From Dehalococcoidia bacterium (GTDB lineage: Bacteria > Chloroflexota > Dehalococcoidia > DSTF01 > RBG-16-68-14): DNA of 20,000 nt. Within the stretch, counting starts at the first letter, position 1. The number at the start of each line of letters is the position of its first letter. The notes under the pieces were generated by a model. The model did no database searches. It worked only from the letters and a program-made list of their open reading frames with translations, and was not told the DNA's origin. The DNA lies in NCBI GenBank assembly GCA_040882355.1, contig JBBEBM010000059.1, forward strand, positions 57,299-77,298, written 5' to 3'. Position numbers and translations under genes: made by a program. Of the stretch, positions 1 through 8,065 are shown in pieces.

Positions 1-1586
1 TCGAGAGCCGGGGCGTGACCTACGCGCAGGTGCGCGTGCTCGCCTCGCAGACGGAGGCTGGACACGCGGTGTTCACCTCGCCTCGAGAAGAGAGCGTCGT
101 CTACCCGGCGTCCGAGGCGGACGTGCGAGTCGCGTACGGCTTCGGCGAGATGGAGAAGTCGGTCGCGATCGGGCTCGTGCGCAATGGCGGCGACCAGGTG
201 ATCGGGCCGGCGTACATCGACTTGGACTACCTGCTGGGCGCGCAGGGCGGGCACATGAACGTCACGGGCATCGCCGGCGTCGGCACGAAGTCGAGCTTCC
301 TGACGGCGGTCCTGAGCCAGGTGCTGCGCTACTGCCAACGCGAGGCCCAGGAGCACCCGGAGAACGGCGAGAAGACGCAGGTGCGCCCGGTGATCCTGAA
401 CGTGAAGGGCTTCGACCTCTTCTGGCTCGACCACTGGTCGAAGGAGTTCACGGAGGAGGACCTGGCGTTCTGGCGCCAGATGGGCTGGGAGGAGCCGCGG
501 CCGATGGACGTGGCGTTCTTCGCGCCGCAGCGTCCGGAGAGCGACAGCCTGTCGGTGACGGTGCCCGGCCGGAGCGACGTGCAGCCGTATAGCTGGTCGC
601 TGGAGGACATCCTGGCGAGCGGCCTGTTCGTCTACCTGTTCAACGACAGCGACCGCGAGGACGACAACTTCGCGCTGCTGGTGGCCGATATCGAGCGGCT
701 GCTCAGCCGCGAGCGACGCCAGCCGGACGGGACGCCGGTGCGCGAGATGCGCCGCGACACGATCGCGAAGACGTTCCAGGAGCTGTTCGACTGGTTCGAG
801 CGCGGGCTGCAGCGCGAGACCGGCGAGGACAAGGGCGAGCCCTTCCCCGCCGACGCGCTCTTCATGCGCCTCGAGTCAGTCCATCATCCGGGCACCGTTC
901 GCCGCTTCTACCGGAGGTTGCGGCGCGTCGTCTACGAGAGCGCGGGCATCTTCCGGCTCGACGGCGCTGGCAGCCACCCGCTCGACATCACGTCGATCGA
1001 GCCGGGGGGGGCNNNNNNNNNNATCGACATCGACCGGCTGCCCGACCGCCACTTGCAGCGCTTCGTCGTCGCGGCCCTGTTGAGGCAGGCGATCGATGAT
1101 CGGACGCACGTCGCGCTGCAGGGCATGCACTACCTCTTCGTGCTCGACGAGCTGAACCGCTTCGCGCCGAAGGGCCACAGCGATCCAATCACCCAGCTCA
1201 TCGAGACCGTCGCCGCCGAGATGCGCTCGCGTGGGGTGATCCTGCTCGGCGCGCAGCAGCAGGCGTCGCTCGTCTCGCCGCGTGTGGTCGAGAACAGCGC
1301 GATACGCGTGCTCGGGCGCACGGGCGGCCACGAGCTGCGCCACGAGGTGTTCAGCTTCCTGGACGAGAGCATCCGCGACTACGTCGAGCAGCTCGGCGGA
1401 TCGGACAAGGTCGTCCACCAGCCGAGCTTCCGGGAGCCGATGCACGTGCGCGTGCCGCGGCCGCCCTGGGCGATGCGCCGCGCGGAGGCGTCGCCGGAGC
1501 CGCCGGCGTTCCTGCGCGAGGCGAGCGCCGCGACGGTCGCAGGGCCGAAGCGTCTGCCGCCGCGCTCCTACGGGGAGATCCCGTAG
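1..1586 (+). CDS. herA: HerA/FtsK-family DNA translocase ATPase, 5' end outside the window
   Basis: The frame is open to the left edge (GAG AGC CGG GGC GTG...). It has a variant Walker A (HMNVTGIAGVGTKSS), Walker B (FVLDELNRFAP) and the HerA motif EMRSRGVILLGAQQ. It spans the N gap at 1013-1022. The stop TAG shares one base with the next GTG. Confidence 0.85.
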   Translation, partial: ESRGVTYAQVRVLASQTEAGHAVFTSPREESVVYPASEADVRVAYGFGEMEKSVAIGLVRNGGDQVIGPAYIDLDYLLGAQGGHMNVTGIAGVGTKSSFLTAVLSQVLRYCQREAQEHPENGEKTQVRPVILNVKGFDLFWLDHWSKEFTEEDLAFWRQMGWEEPRPMDVAFFAPQRPESDSLSVTVPGRSDVQPYSWSLEDILASGLFVYLFNDSDREDDNFALLVADIERLLSRERRQPDGTPVREMRRDTIAKTFQELFDWFERGLQRETGEDKGEPFPADALFMRLESVHHPGTVRRFYRRLRRVVYESAGIFRLDGAGSHPLDITSIEPGGXXXXIDIDRLPDRHLQRFVVAALLRQAIDDRTHVALQGMHYLFVLDELNRFAPKGHSDPITQLIETVAAEMRSRGVILLGAQQQASLVSPRVVENSAIRVLGRTGGHELRHEVFSFLDESIRDYVEQLGGSDKVVHQPSFREPMHVRVPRPPWAMRRAEASPEPPAFLREASAATVAGPKRLPPRSYGEIP

Positions 1587-2782
1587 TGCGCATTCTCCAC
1601 ACCAGCGACTGGCACCTGGGCGCGCGCCTGGGCTCGCAGGACCGGCTGGACGACACGTTCGCGCGGCTGCAGGAGCTGTGCGACTACATCGACAGGGAAC
1701 AGGTCGACCTGCTGCTCGTCGCGGGCGACGTCTTCGACGAGCACCGGGCGGAGGCGCTGGCTCGCATCGTCGGGCGTCTCGGCAAGCTGCTGACGCCGCG
1801 CATCGAAGCCGGGCTGACGTGCGTCTTCGTCGCGGGTAACCACGACCGCGAGCACGTCTTCCCGCTGCTCAGCGGCCTGCAGGAGCTCGTCGCGCCCGAT
1901 CATGAACAGCGCGTCGTCTTCGCCGACCGGCCGCGCATGCTGCCGGTGACGTCGCGCAGCGGCGAGGCCGCGCAACTGATGCTGCTGCCCTACCCGACAC
2001 CGATTCGCTACGCCCTCGCCGACCAGCGCTGGCCGAGCCCGGAGGAGAAGCGCAAGACGCTGGCCGCGGCCGTGCGCGCGTCGATCCAGGAGCTGGGGCG
2101 CGACGCGACGAAGGGTGTGCCGGTGGTGCTCTGCGGCCACTTCCTGGTGCGCGGCGTGAAGGAGGGCATGTACCAGCTCAGCGAGCAGGAGGACGTGCCT
2201 GTCGAGCCGAGCGATCTGCCCAGCTACGCCTACATCGCGCTCGGCCACATCCACAAGCCGCAGCAGGTCGGCGCGCACTACATCCGCTACTGCGGCAGCC
2301 TGGACCGCATGGACCGCGGCGAGGCGCGCGATGCCAAACAGGCGTTGCTCGTCGAGCTGAGCAAGACGGGCCTGCGCGACATCCGCGAGTTGCCGCTGAA
2401 CGCGACGCCGTTCCGCCACATCGAGGCGTCGTCCGAGGAGGAGCTGGAGCGCGCGGCGGAGTCGATGAGCGAGCCCGAGCGCACCCTTGTCTCGCTCACG
2501 CTGAAGCTGCGGCGCGAGCAGCGGCTGAGCCCGTTGCTGGCGCGCGCACGGCAGCTCTTCCCTCGGCTCTACGCGCCGCCCGACATTCGCTGGCAGGACG
2601 CGCGTTCGCCGGAGCGAGCGCAGTTCGCGCACGACCGGCGCGACGTGCGCGGCACGGTGCGTTCGTACCTGCAGCAGACGCTGACCGACGACAAGGAGGC
2701 CGGGGCGCTCGTGGCGCTGGCGGAGGAGCTGCTCGCCGAGGTCGACGCGTCGTCTGAGCGAGCGGAGGCGCCGACAGCATGA
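1586..2782 (+). CDS. sbcD: Mre11/SbcD-family metallophosphoesterase nuclease
   Basis: Motifs HTSDWHLG, AGDVFD, AGNHD, CGHF, ALGHIHKPQ and YCGS, with an SbcD-type C-terminal region. ATGA overlap with the next gene. Confidence 0.93.
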   Translation: MRILHTSDWHLGARLGSQDRLDDTFARLQELCDYIDREQVDLLLVAGDVFDEHRAEALARIVGRLGKLLTPRIEAGLTCVFVAGNHDREHVFPLLSGLQELVAPDHEQRVVFADRPRMLPVTSRSGEAAQLMLLPYPTPIRYALADQRWPSPEEKRKTLAAAVRASIQELGRDATKGVPVVLCGHFLVRGVKEGMYQLSEQEDVPVEPSDLPSYAYIALGHIHKPQQVGAHYIRYCGSLDRMDRGEARDAKQALLVELSKTGLRDIRELPLNATPFRHIEASSEEELERAAESMSEPERTLVSLTLKLRREQRLSPLLARARQLFPRLYAPPDIRWQDARSPERAQFAHDRRDVRGTVRSYLQQTLTDDKEAGALVALAEELLAEVDASSERAEAPTA

Positions 2783-5547
2783 TCCCGAGCCGGGTGCAGG
2801 TGCGCAACTTCCTCTGCTACGGCGAGGCGGACGGCGGCGGGCCGATCGAGTTCGACTTCGAGAACTCGCGGCTGTGGAGCATCTCCGGCGACAACGGCGC
2901 GGGCAAGAGCGCGATCTTCGACGCGATCACGTACGCGCTCTACGGCAAGCACCGAGGCGGCGCCCAGCGCGACGCGCGCCTGATCCACAAGGGCGCGACG
3001 GAGTGCGAGGTGTCGTTCGAGTTCGAGCTGGACGGCGAGCGCTACCGCGTCCGGCGCACGGTCGGCCGCCCGCGCAAGTCGGGCCAGGAGCCGAAGACGT
3101 GGCAGGCGGCGTGGTTCGACCCAGAGGCGCAGGACTGGCAGCCGGTTCCCGACACGGACCGCCAGGCGTGGTTCGACCGCTGGGTGCGTCAGAAGCTGGG
3201 CCTGGGCTACGAGACGTTCGTCGCGTCGGTGCTGCTTCTGCAAGGCCAGAGCGACCAGCTCATCCTGGCCGAGCCGCGCAAGCGCTTCGACATCCTCGGC
3301 GGCCTGCTGGAGCTGGAGGCGTACAAGCGGCTCGAGACGCTCGCCAAAGACCGCGAGCGCCAGGCCAAGGCCGACGCGAAGTCGCGCGAGGACCAGCTCT
3401 CACACCTGCCGGCCGTCGACGCGGCGGAGATCGCGAAGGCGCGCCACGCCGTCGACGAAAGCGAGAGCGCGCTCGACGCCGCGCAGCAGGTCGCGACGCG
3501 GGCCGAGCTGATCGTGAGCGAAGCACGCCGATTCGCCGGCCTGCAGGGCGACCTCTGCGCCGCGAATCGCTCGTTGGACGACACACAACGGCTGCTCTGC
3601 GACGCCGAGCGCATCCGCTGCGAATACCACGAATGGCGCTGCCTGTCGGACCACCTGCCGAAGCTGCGCGGCGCCGCGAACGACCTCGCGCAGGCAGACG
3701 AACGCGCGGCGCAGGCGGAGCAGGCGCGCGTCGCTGTCGCGAATCACGATCTCGGAGCGCTGGAATGCGCCGCGACGCAAGCGGACGAGCGGGAGCGCGA
3801 CGCCGCGCAGGCGCTCTGCCGGCTACGCGGCGACCACGACTCGCTTGGTGCGGCGCTGCCGCCGCTGCGCGAGGTGCTCCACCGCCGCCGCGACCTCGAA
3901 GAGCGCGAGCGCGCGCTGACCGACGCCGGAACGCCGGAGGCGCGGCAGGCCGCGCTCGGCGCAGCGACCGCAGCGCTGGCTGCGCAGCGGACGCAGCAGG
4001 GCGACGTTGAGGCGACCCGGACGCAGGCGCTCGAAGCGCGCGCGACCGCCGAGGCGGCGCTGCGTCAGGCCGAGGCGCAGCTTGGCGCGCGACGCGAGGC
4101 GAAGGGCGAGGCGGTCTGCTCGCACTGCGGCCAGCGCGTCGACGCGGAGCACATCCGTCGCGAGCTGACGGAGGCGCAGCACGCCGTCGCGACGGCGAAG
4201 GCGTCGCTCAATGACGCGGACGCTGCCCTCAAGCAATCCACGCATACGCTGAAAGACACGTCGTCGCAGGTCGGAGCTGCCGAGCAGACCGTCCGCGACG
4301 CCACGGACGCGCTCGCGAACGCCGAACGCGCCGCGCAGGAGCGCGAGCGCGCCACGAACGCGATGAGCGACGCGCTGGACGCAGTCGATGACGTGCCGGA
4401 GATGCTGCGAGTCGGGGTTGTCGAGGGGGCGCTGGGCGAGGCGGAGCAGTCGTACGAATCGAGCGCCAGCCAGCTCGCCGCGCTGAAGAAGGAGCTCGCG
4501 AACGCTGAGCGGGCCGAGGGCGAGGCGCGCAAGCAGGCGCGACAGGCGCAGGAGGCGCTGCAAGGCGCCGCCCAGGAGCGCCAGCGCCTCGATGGCGAGG
4601 CGCGGCTGCACGATGAGCGGGCGCAGGCGCTGCGCGAGCAGGCGGACGTGCGCCTGGCCGACGTCGCGGCGGAGTGGCGCGAGCGCGCGCTGGCCCGGGA
4701 CGCCGGCTTCCTCGATGCGCTGGAGACGCGCTTCGAGGCGCTGGACGGCATCGAAGCGCGACACGGCGCGCTGCAGGAGGCGGCGGCGGAGCGCGAGCGG
4801 CTCTCGCTGCGGATCGACGAGATCGAGCGCGGCATCGAGGGCATCGCGGCGGAGCACCGCCTGTCGTCGGACGACGCGGAGGCGCTTGGGCGGGCCGCGC
4901 GGGACGAGGCGTCGGCGGCGCAGCGCGCGCGCGACGGTGCCATCGCGACGCTGCGGCGGTTCGAAGAGCAGGGCGCGCGGCGCTGCACGCTCGAGAAGGA
5001 GGCTGGGGAGGCGCAGCGGCGGCGGGCGCTCTACGACCGGCTCGCCGACCTGCTCGGCCGGGGCGGGCTGCAGGCGCACCTCGTCGACGCGGCGGTGGGG
5101 GACATCGCCGTGCTGGCGAACGAGACGCTGGCCCGCATCTCGGGCGGCCAGCTCCAGCTCCACCTGGAGCGCCAGCAGAACTCACGTGGCGAGGAGGAGA
5201 TCGTGATCCAGGCGAGCGACCTCACCTACAGCGACGAACCGATGGACGTGCAGTTCCTGTCGGGCAGCCAGAAGTTCCGCGCGTCGGTGGCGCTGGCGGC
5301 GGCGATCGGCCAGTCGGCCGGGCGCGGCGCGGGGACGATCCGGGCGCTGATCATCGACGAGGGGTTCGGCAGCCTGGACACGGCGGGGCGCCAGGAGATG
5401 ATCGACGAGCTGCACAACCTGTCGGGCGTGCTCGACCGGGTGATCGTCGTCTCGCACCAGGAGGACTTCCGCGACCGCACCCTCTTCCCGACGGGCTACG
5501 TACTGCACAAGAACGGTCGGGACACCGTGGTGGAGCGGTTCGTCTAG
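2779..5547 (+). CDS. sbcC: Rad50/SbcC SMC-family ATPase
   Basis: Walker A GDNGAGKS, Q-loop LLLQGQ, long coiled coils, central zinc hook CSHC (4117-4128, about residue 447 of 922), signature LSGSQ, Walker B/D-loop IIDEGFGSLD and H-loop VSH. Confidence 0.93.
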   Translation: MIPSRVQVRNFLCYGEADGGGPIEFDFENSRLWSISGDNGAGKSAIFDAITYALYGKHRGGAQRDARLIHKGATECEVSFEFELDGERYRVRRTVGRPRKSGQEPKTWQAAWFDPEAQDWQPVPDTDRQAWFDRWVRQKLGLGYETFVASVLLLQGQSDQLILAEPRKRFDILGGLLELEAYKRLETLAKDRERQAKADAKSREDQLSHLPAVDAAEIAKARHAVDESESALDAAQQVATRAELIVSEARRFAGLQGDLCAANRSLDDTQRLLCDAERIRCEYHEWRCLSDHLPKLRGAANDLAQADERAAQAEQARVAVANHDLGALECAATQADERERDAAQALCRLRGDHDSLGAALPPLREVLHRRRDLEERERALTDAGTPEARQAALGAATAALAAQRTQQGDVEATRTQALEARATAEAALRQAEAQLGARREAKGEAVCSHCGQRVDAEHIRRELTEAQHAVATAKASLNDADAALKQSTHTLKDTSSQVGAAEQTVRDATDALANAERAAQERERATNAMSDALDAVDDVPEMLRVGVVEGALGEAEQSYESSASQLAALKKELANAERAEGEARKQARQAQEALQGAAQERQRLDGEARLHDERAQALREQADVRLADVAAEWRERALARDAGFLDALETRFEALDGIEARHGALQEAAAERERLSLRIDEIERGIEGIAAEHRLSSDDAEALGRAARDEASAAQRARDGAIATLRRFEEQGARRCTLEKEAGEAQRRRALYDRLADLLGRGGLQAHLVDAAVGDIAVLANETLARISGGQLQLHLERQQNSRGEEEIVIQASDLTYSDEPMDVQFLSGSQKFRASVALAAAIGQSAGRGAGTIRALIIDEGFGSLDTAGRQEMIDELHNLSGVLDRVIVVSHQEDFRDRTLFPTGYVLHKNGRDTVVERFV

Positions 5548-5605
5548 GGGGCGGGGATGCTGGGAGGCGGGAGATTACTCTGCGACGAAACACCTTATGC
5601 GGAAA

Positions 5606-5614
5606 TGGTAGTGT
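5606..5614 (+). promoter_or_regulatory. Putative extended -10 (TGgTAGTGT) of a leaderless promoter
   Basis: TG-n-TAGTGT ends 6 nt before GTG 5621, with no Shine-Dalgarno between them. Confidence 0.4.
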
Positions 5615-5620
5615 AGTCCA

Positions 5621-6370
5621 GTGTTACGCCTACGCCCGAAATGGCTCCGGCCTTGGGTTTCCTTGTTGGTGCCGCTCCGCGCTCTGGCCGATGCGCCAGA
5701 CGTAGCCCAACTAGTAATCGTTGTGTTGGTCGCTTGCGGTATATCCGCCGGCGGCGGTTTTGGCATCGCCCAACTGGTAAATGCCACCGCTGGAACTGCT
5801 GGCGGCATAGCAATGGTCCTTGGGCTCCTATTTGGATTCGCAATGACAGCACTCTACCGCTCCTTTGCTGAGTTAGACCGCTATGTTGACTGGCGTCCAT
5901 TAGAGGCTCAATACAACGCACCGGACGATTCCAACAAGGACTCTGTCTTTCTTGGCCTTCTCGTGCATAATCCTAACAGAATGGCGGCACCGAGGTGCTT
6001 TGGCGCCGTCTGGACATATACCCCGATTGGCGATGCATTAGGAATCGACTGCCCGCCACAGACGTTCCACTACACGTGGAGTACCCATAGCAGCCCGACC
6101 ATGAAGGCGGAGCGTCTCCTCACAATCCCTGGTGGAGCAAGTCGGGTTCTCGATCTTGGTTTCGTACCAAGGAGGTCGAACACATTCTGCCACGCGATTC
6201 CACACGGAGAGGACTTAACGGTTACGTGCTTCCGTCCGCTTCCGCCAGGACTCTATCAGGTAGAAGTGGACTTGGGCTCCGAAGAAACGGGGCTTCCGAC
6301 AACGCGCATCACGCTGAGAATCCGCTACAGAGGTAACGACAGGATCGACTACTCTATCCTGCCAAGCTGA
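5621..6370 (+). CDS. Hypothetical membrane-anchored protein (about 2 N-terminal TM segments plus a beta-rich soluble domain)
   Basis: 249-aa ORF in lower-GC DNA with hydrophobic segments VAQLVIVVLVACGISAGGGFGIA and IAMVLGLLFGFAMTALY. The C-terminus (LPPGLYQVEVDLG...ITLRIRY) resembles an Ig-like beta-sandwich. No family recognised. Confidence 0.65.
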   Translation: MLRLRPKWLRPWVSLLVPLRALADAPDVAQLVIVVLVACGISAGGGFGIAQLVNATAGTAGGIAMVLGLLFGFAMTALYRSFAELDRYVDWRPLEAQYNAPDDSNKDSVFLGLLVHNPNRMAAPRCFGAVWTYTPIGDALGIDCPPQTFHYTWSTHSSPTMKAERLLTIPGGASRVLDLGFVPRRSNTFCHAIPHGEDLTVTCFRPLPPGLYQVEVDLGSEETGLPTTRITLRIRYRGNDRIDYSILPS

Positions 6371-6461
6371 AGTCAGCGCGGCTCCCTGGAGTGATATGTG
6401 CTGGGGTCAAGAACCCGCGGGACCTATCACTTTCATCCGGAGATAGTGGCAAAGGAGTAGC

Positions 6462-7169
6462 ATGGGATACGGCAGGCTCGGCGTCGCTGCTGCGGTCGTC
6501 TCCTTCACTTCGTACATCACGCTGGAGATCTTCCAGGCACAAGGTTGGACCATGCCCGACCTTCTGGCCGCGAGCTTGGTCGCGCTCATGGTCTTGACGG
6601 GCAGCATGGCCTTCTTAGTAGTAGCCTATGAGTGCTGGCACGTGACCGGGCCTGTGCGATCCGCTTGGGGTTGGCGATGGCCTCTCTATCGACAGAATGC
6701 TCCTTCGCCGCATCAATGGATACTCGATATAGCCCGCAATGACGCAACCAGCCCAGCAAATCACTTGATCGTCCTGTCCAGAACCATCGTCACCATGGAC
6801 TTGCGCTCGGAGATACCCCGACCATGGATCGAGTTGGGGCTGGAACTCTACAACGGTGGTGTGCATAGCATCCTGATTGGGCCAATGAAGGGGCATGTGA
6901 CCTACGACGGCATAGGGGAATTGCGGGATGCACCTGAAATTGATGGCGGCGAGTCTCGGAAACCTCGTGGGCACAGGCATGTTCACAGGCTGAAGCAGTA
7001 CCTCCCGCCGGAAGTCGCCGCTGCGATCTATGAAGAGATTCGAGCCACGCGCAAGGTCTGCTCACTAGGGCTATCGTCTGTCCATCTCACGGTCAAGTCG
7101 GAAGCAGAAAACGGAAGGACTGTGCAGATGCCGCTCGGTGGCGATGATACGTTTCTCGCACCCAATTAG
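6462..7169 (+). CDS. Hypothetical membrane-anchored protein (2 N-terminal TM segments plus a beta-rich soluble domain)
   Basis: 235-aa ORF with a strong RBS (AAAGGAG, 6451-6457). Hydrophobic segments LGVAAAVVSFTSYITLEIF and LLAASLVALMVLTGSMAFLVVAY. Lower GC than the flanks. Confidence 0.7.
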   Translation: MGYGRLGVAAAVVSFTSYITLEIFQAQGWTMPDLLAASLVALMVLTGSMAFLVVAYECWHVTGPVRSAWGWRWPLYRQNAPSPHQWILDIARNDATSPANHLIVLSRTIVTMDLRSEIPRPWIELGLELYNGGVHSILIGPMKGHVTYDGIGELRDAPEIDGGESRKPRGHRHVHRLKQYLPPEVAAAIYEEIRATRKVCSLGLSSVHLTVKSEAENGRTVQMPLGGDDTFLAPN

Positions 7170-7286
7170 ACAGCCGGGGGCCTGCCCCCTCAACCCGGCG
7201 CCGGCGTCGCAGTTGCGCTTGTGGTGGGCGTGGGGGTGGCGGGCGGGCAGGGGTTGGTGATCGCGGCGGTGATGCGCCGGGCGGCG
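7167..7286. repeat. Degenerate direct repeat, copy 1 (partner at 8989-9102)
   Basis: Exact shared blocks CGGCGCCGGCGTCGC (7196-7210 = 9025-9039), GTGGCGGGCGGG (7236-7247 = 9059-9070) and GGGGTTGGTGATCGCGGC (7250-7267 = 9069-9086), in the same order. Confidence 0.8.
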
Positions 7287-7354
7287 TCCGGGCCGGCGGG
7301 CACGGGGGCGCCCGCGCGGTCGAGGACATGCGGGTGGAGGCGGATGGCTTCCAT
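7190..7354 (-). pseudogene. 54-aa ORF or 3' relic of a gene with a Pro/Thr-rich tail
   Basis: My translation: MEAIRLHPHVLDRAGAPVPAGPDAARRITAAITNPCPPATPTPTTSATATPAPG*. There is an in-frame TAA right before the ATG and no RBS. It is below the ORF-track size cutoff. Confidence 0.45.
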
Positions 7355-7386
7355 TTAGGCGTAGGTGGTCCGGTCGCAGAGAGCAC

Positions 7387-7435
7387 TTTACGTGTCACCC
7401 GCATGTCAAGTATACTTTGACGTATGGGTGACACG
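7387..7435 (+). promoter_or_regulatory. abiE promoter (TTTACG-N18-TATACT) inside a 45-bp imperfect palindrome, a probable antitoxin operator
   Basis: Perfect 10-bp outer arms CGTGTCACCC (7391-7400) and GGGTGACACG (7426-7435), inner GTCAA/TTGAC, and a palindromic centre AAGTATACTT containing the -10 box (7411-7416). Confidence 0.75.
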
Positions 7436-8065
7436 ATGGCCAGTCCGCAGTCGCGACCACCGGCCTCCCTGCGGCCCGATCGCGGCCGGCTCTTTGAGAT
7501 CGCCTCAGAGCAAGCAGGCTACTTCTCGACCCGCCAGGCCGGGGCCTCTGGCTTTAGTCGTTCGCTCCTCTCGCACCACGTCAAGAGCGGTCGGTTCACT
7601 CGAGTCCGGCGTGGCCTCTATCGCCTCCGCGAGTACCCCTCGTCCCCTCGCGAGCACGTCCTCGCCGCCTGGCTTGCTATTGGGAAGGACAGCGCAGTGG
7701 TCTCCCACGAAAGCGCGCTCGAGCTGCTGGAGCTCAGCGACGTCATCCCCGACGCTGTGCACCTCACCGTGCCTCGTTCACGGCGCAACCTGCCATCGCT
7801 CAACGGCGTGCGGGTCCACACGACATCGCGGCCTCTGCGGCGTACCGACCGCGTTACTCGCGGGGGCATCGTTGTCACGGCCGCGACACGCAGCATCCTG
7901 GACGCGGCCGATGCCGGCATGGCGCCGGAGCAGATCGAGCAAGCGGTCGTCCAGGCGATCGACGCAGGTCTCGCCACCACGCAGCAGTTACGCCAAGGCG
8001 CGCAGGAGCGCGGTCGCCGGACAGCCAAGCTGATAGAGCGGTCGCTGGGTCAGGCAAAGCGGTGA
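7424..8065 (+). CDS. abiEi: Type IV TA antitoxin, AbiEi family (wHTH transcriptional regulator)
   Basis: N-terminal IASEQAGYFSTRQA...RVRRGLYRL, then AVVSHESALELLEL and VTAATRSILD, all typical of the family. Alternative start at ATG 7436. GTGA overlap with the toxin gene. Confidence 0.88.
   Translation: MGDTMASPQSRPPASLRPDRGRLFEIASEQAGYFSTRQAGASGFSRSLLSHHVKSGRFTRVRRGLYRLREYPSSPREHVLAAWLAIGKDSAVVSHESALELLELSDVIPDAVHLTVPRSRRNLPSLNGVRVHTTSRPLRRTDRVTRGGIVVTAATRSILDAADAGMAPEQIEQAVVQAIDAGLATTQQLRQGAQERGRRTAKLIERSLGQAKR

Noticed and set aside
1013..1022. Run of 10 N after a G-tract inside herA
   Set aside because: This is a scaffold gap. The true length is unknown, so neither frame continuity nor a phase-variable poly-G tract can be claimed.
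1568..5705. Long alternative-frame and antisense ORFs over sbcD/sbcC (354, 378, 446, 343 aa and others)
   Set aside because: They are Arg/Ala/Pro-rich shadow ORFs expected in high-GC coding DNA, have no motifs, and overlap well-supported genes.
5548..7190. Possible integron cassette array
   Set aside because: No attC core sites (RYYYAAC...GTTRRRY) were found at gene ends and no integrase is in the window.
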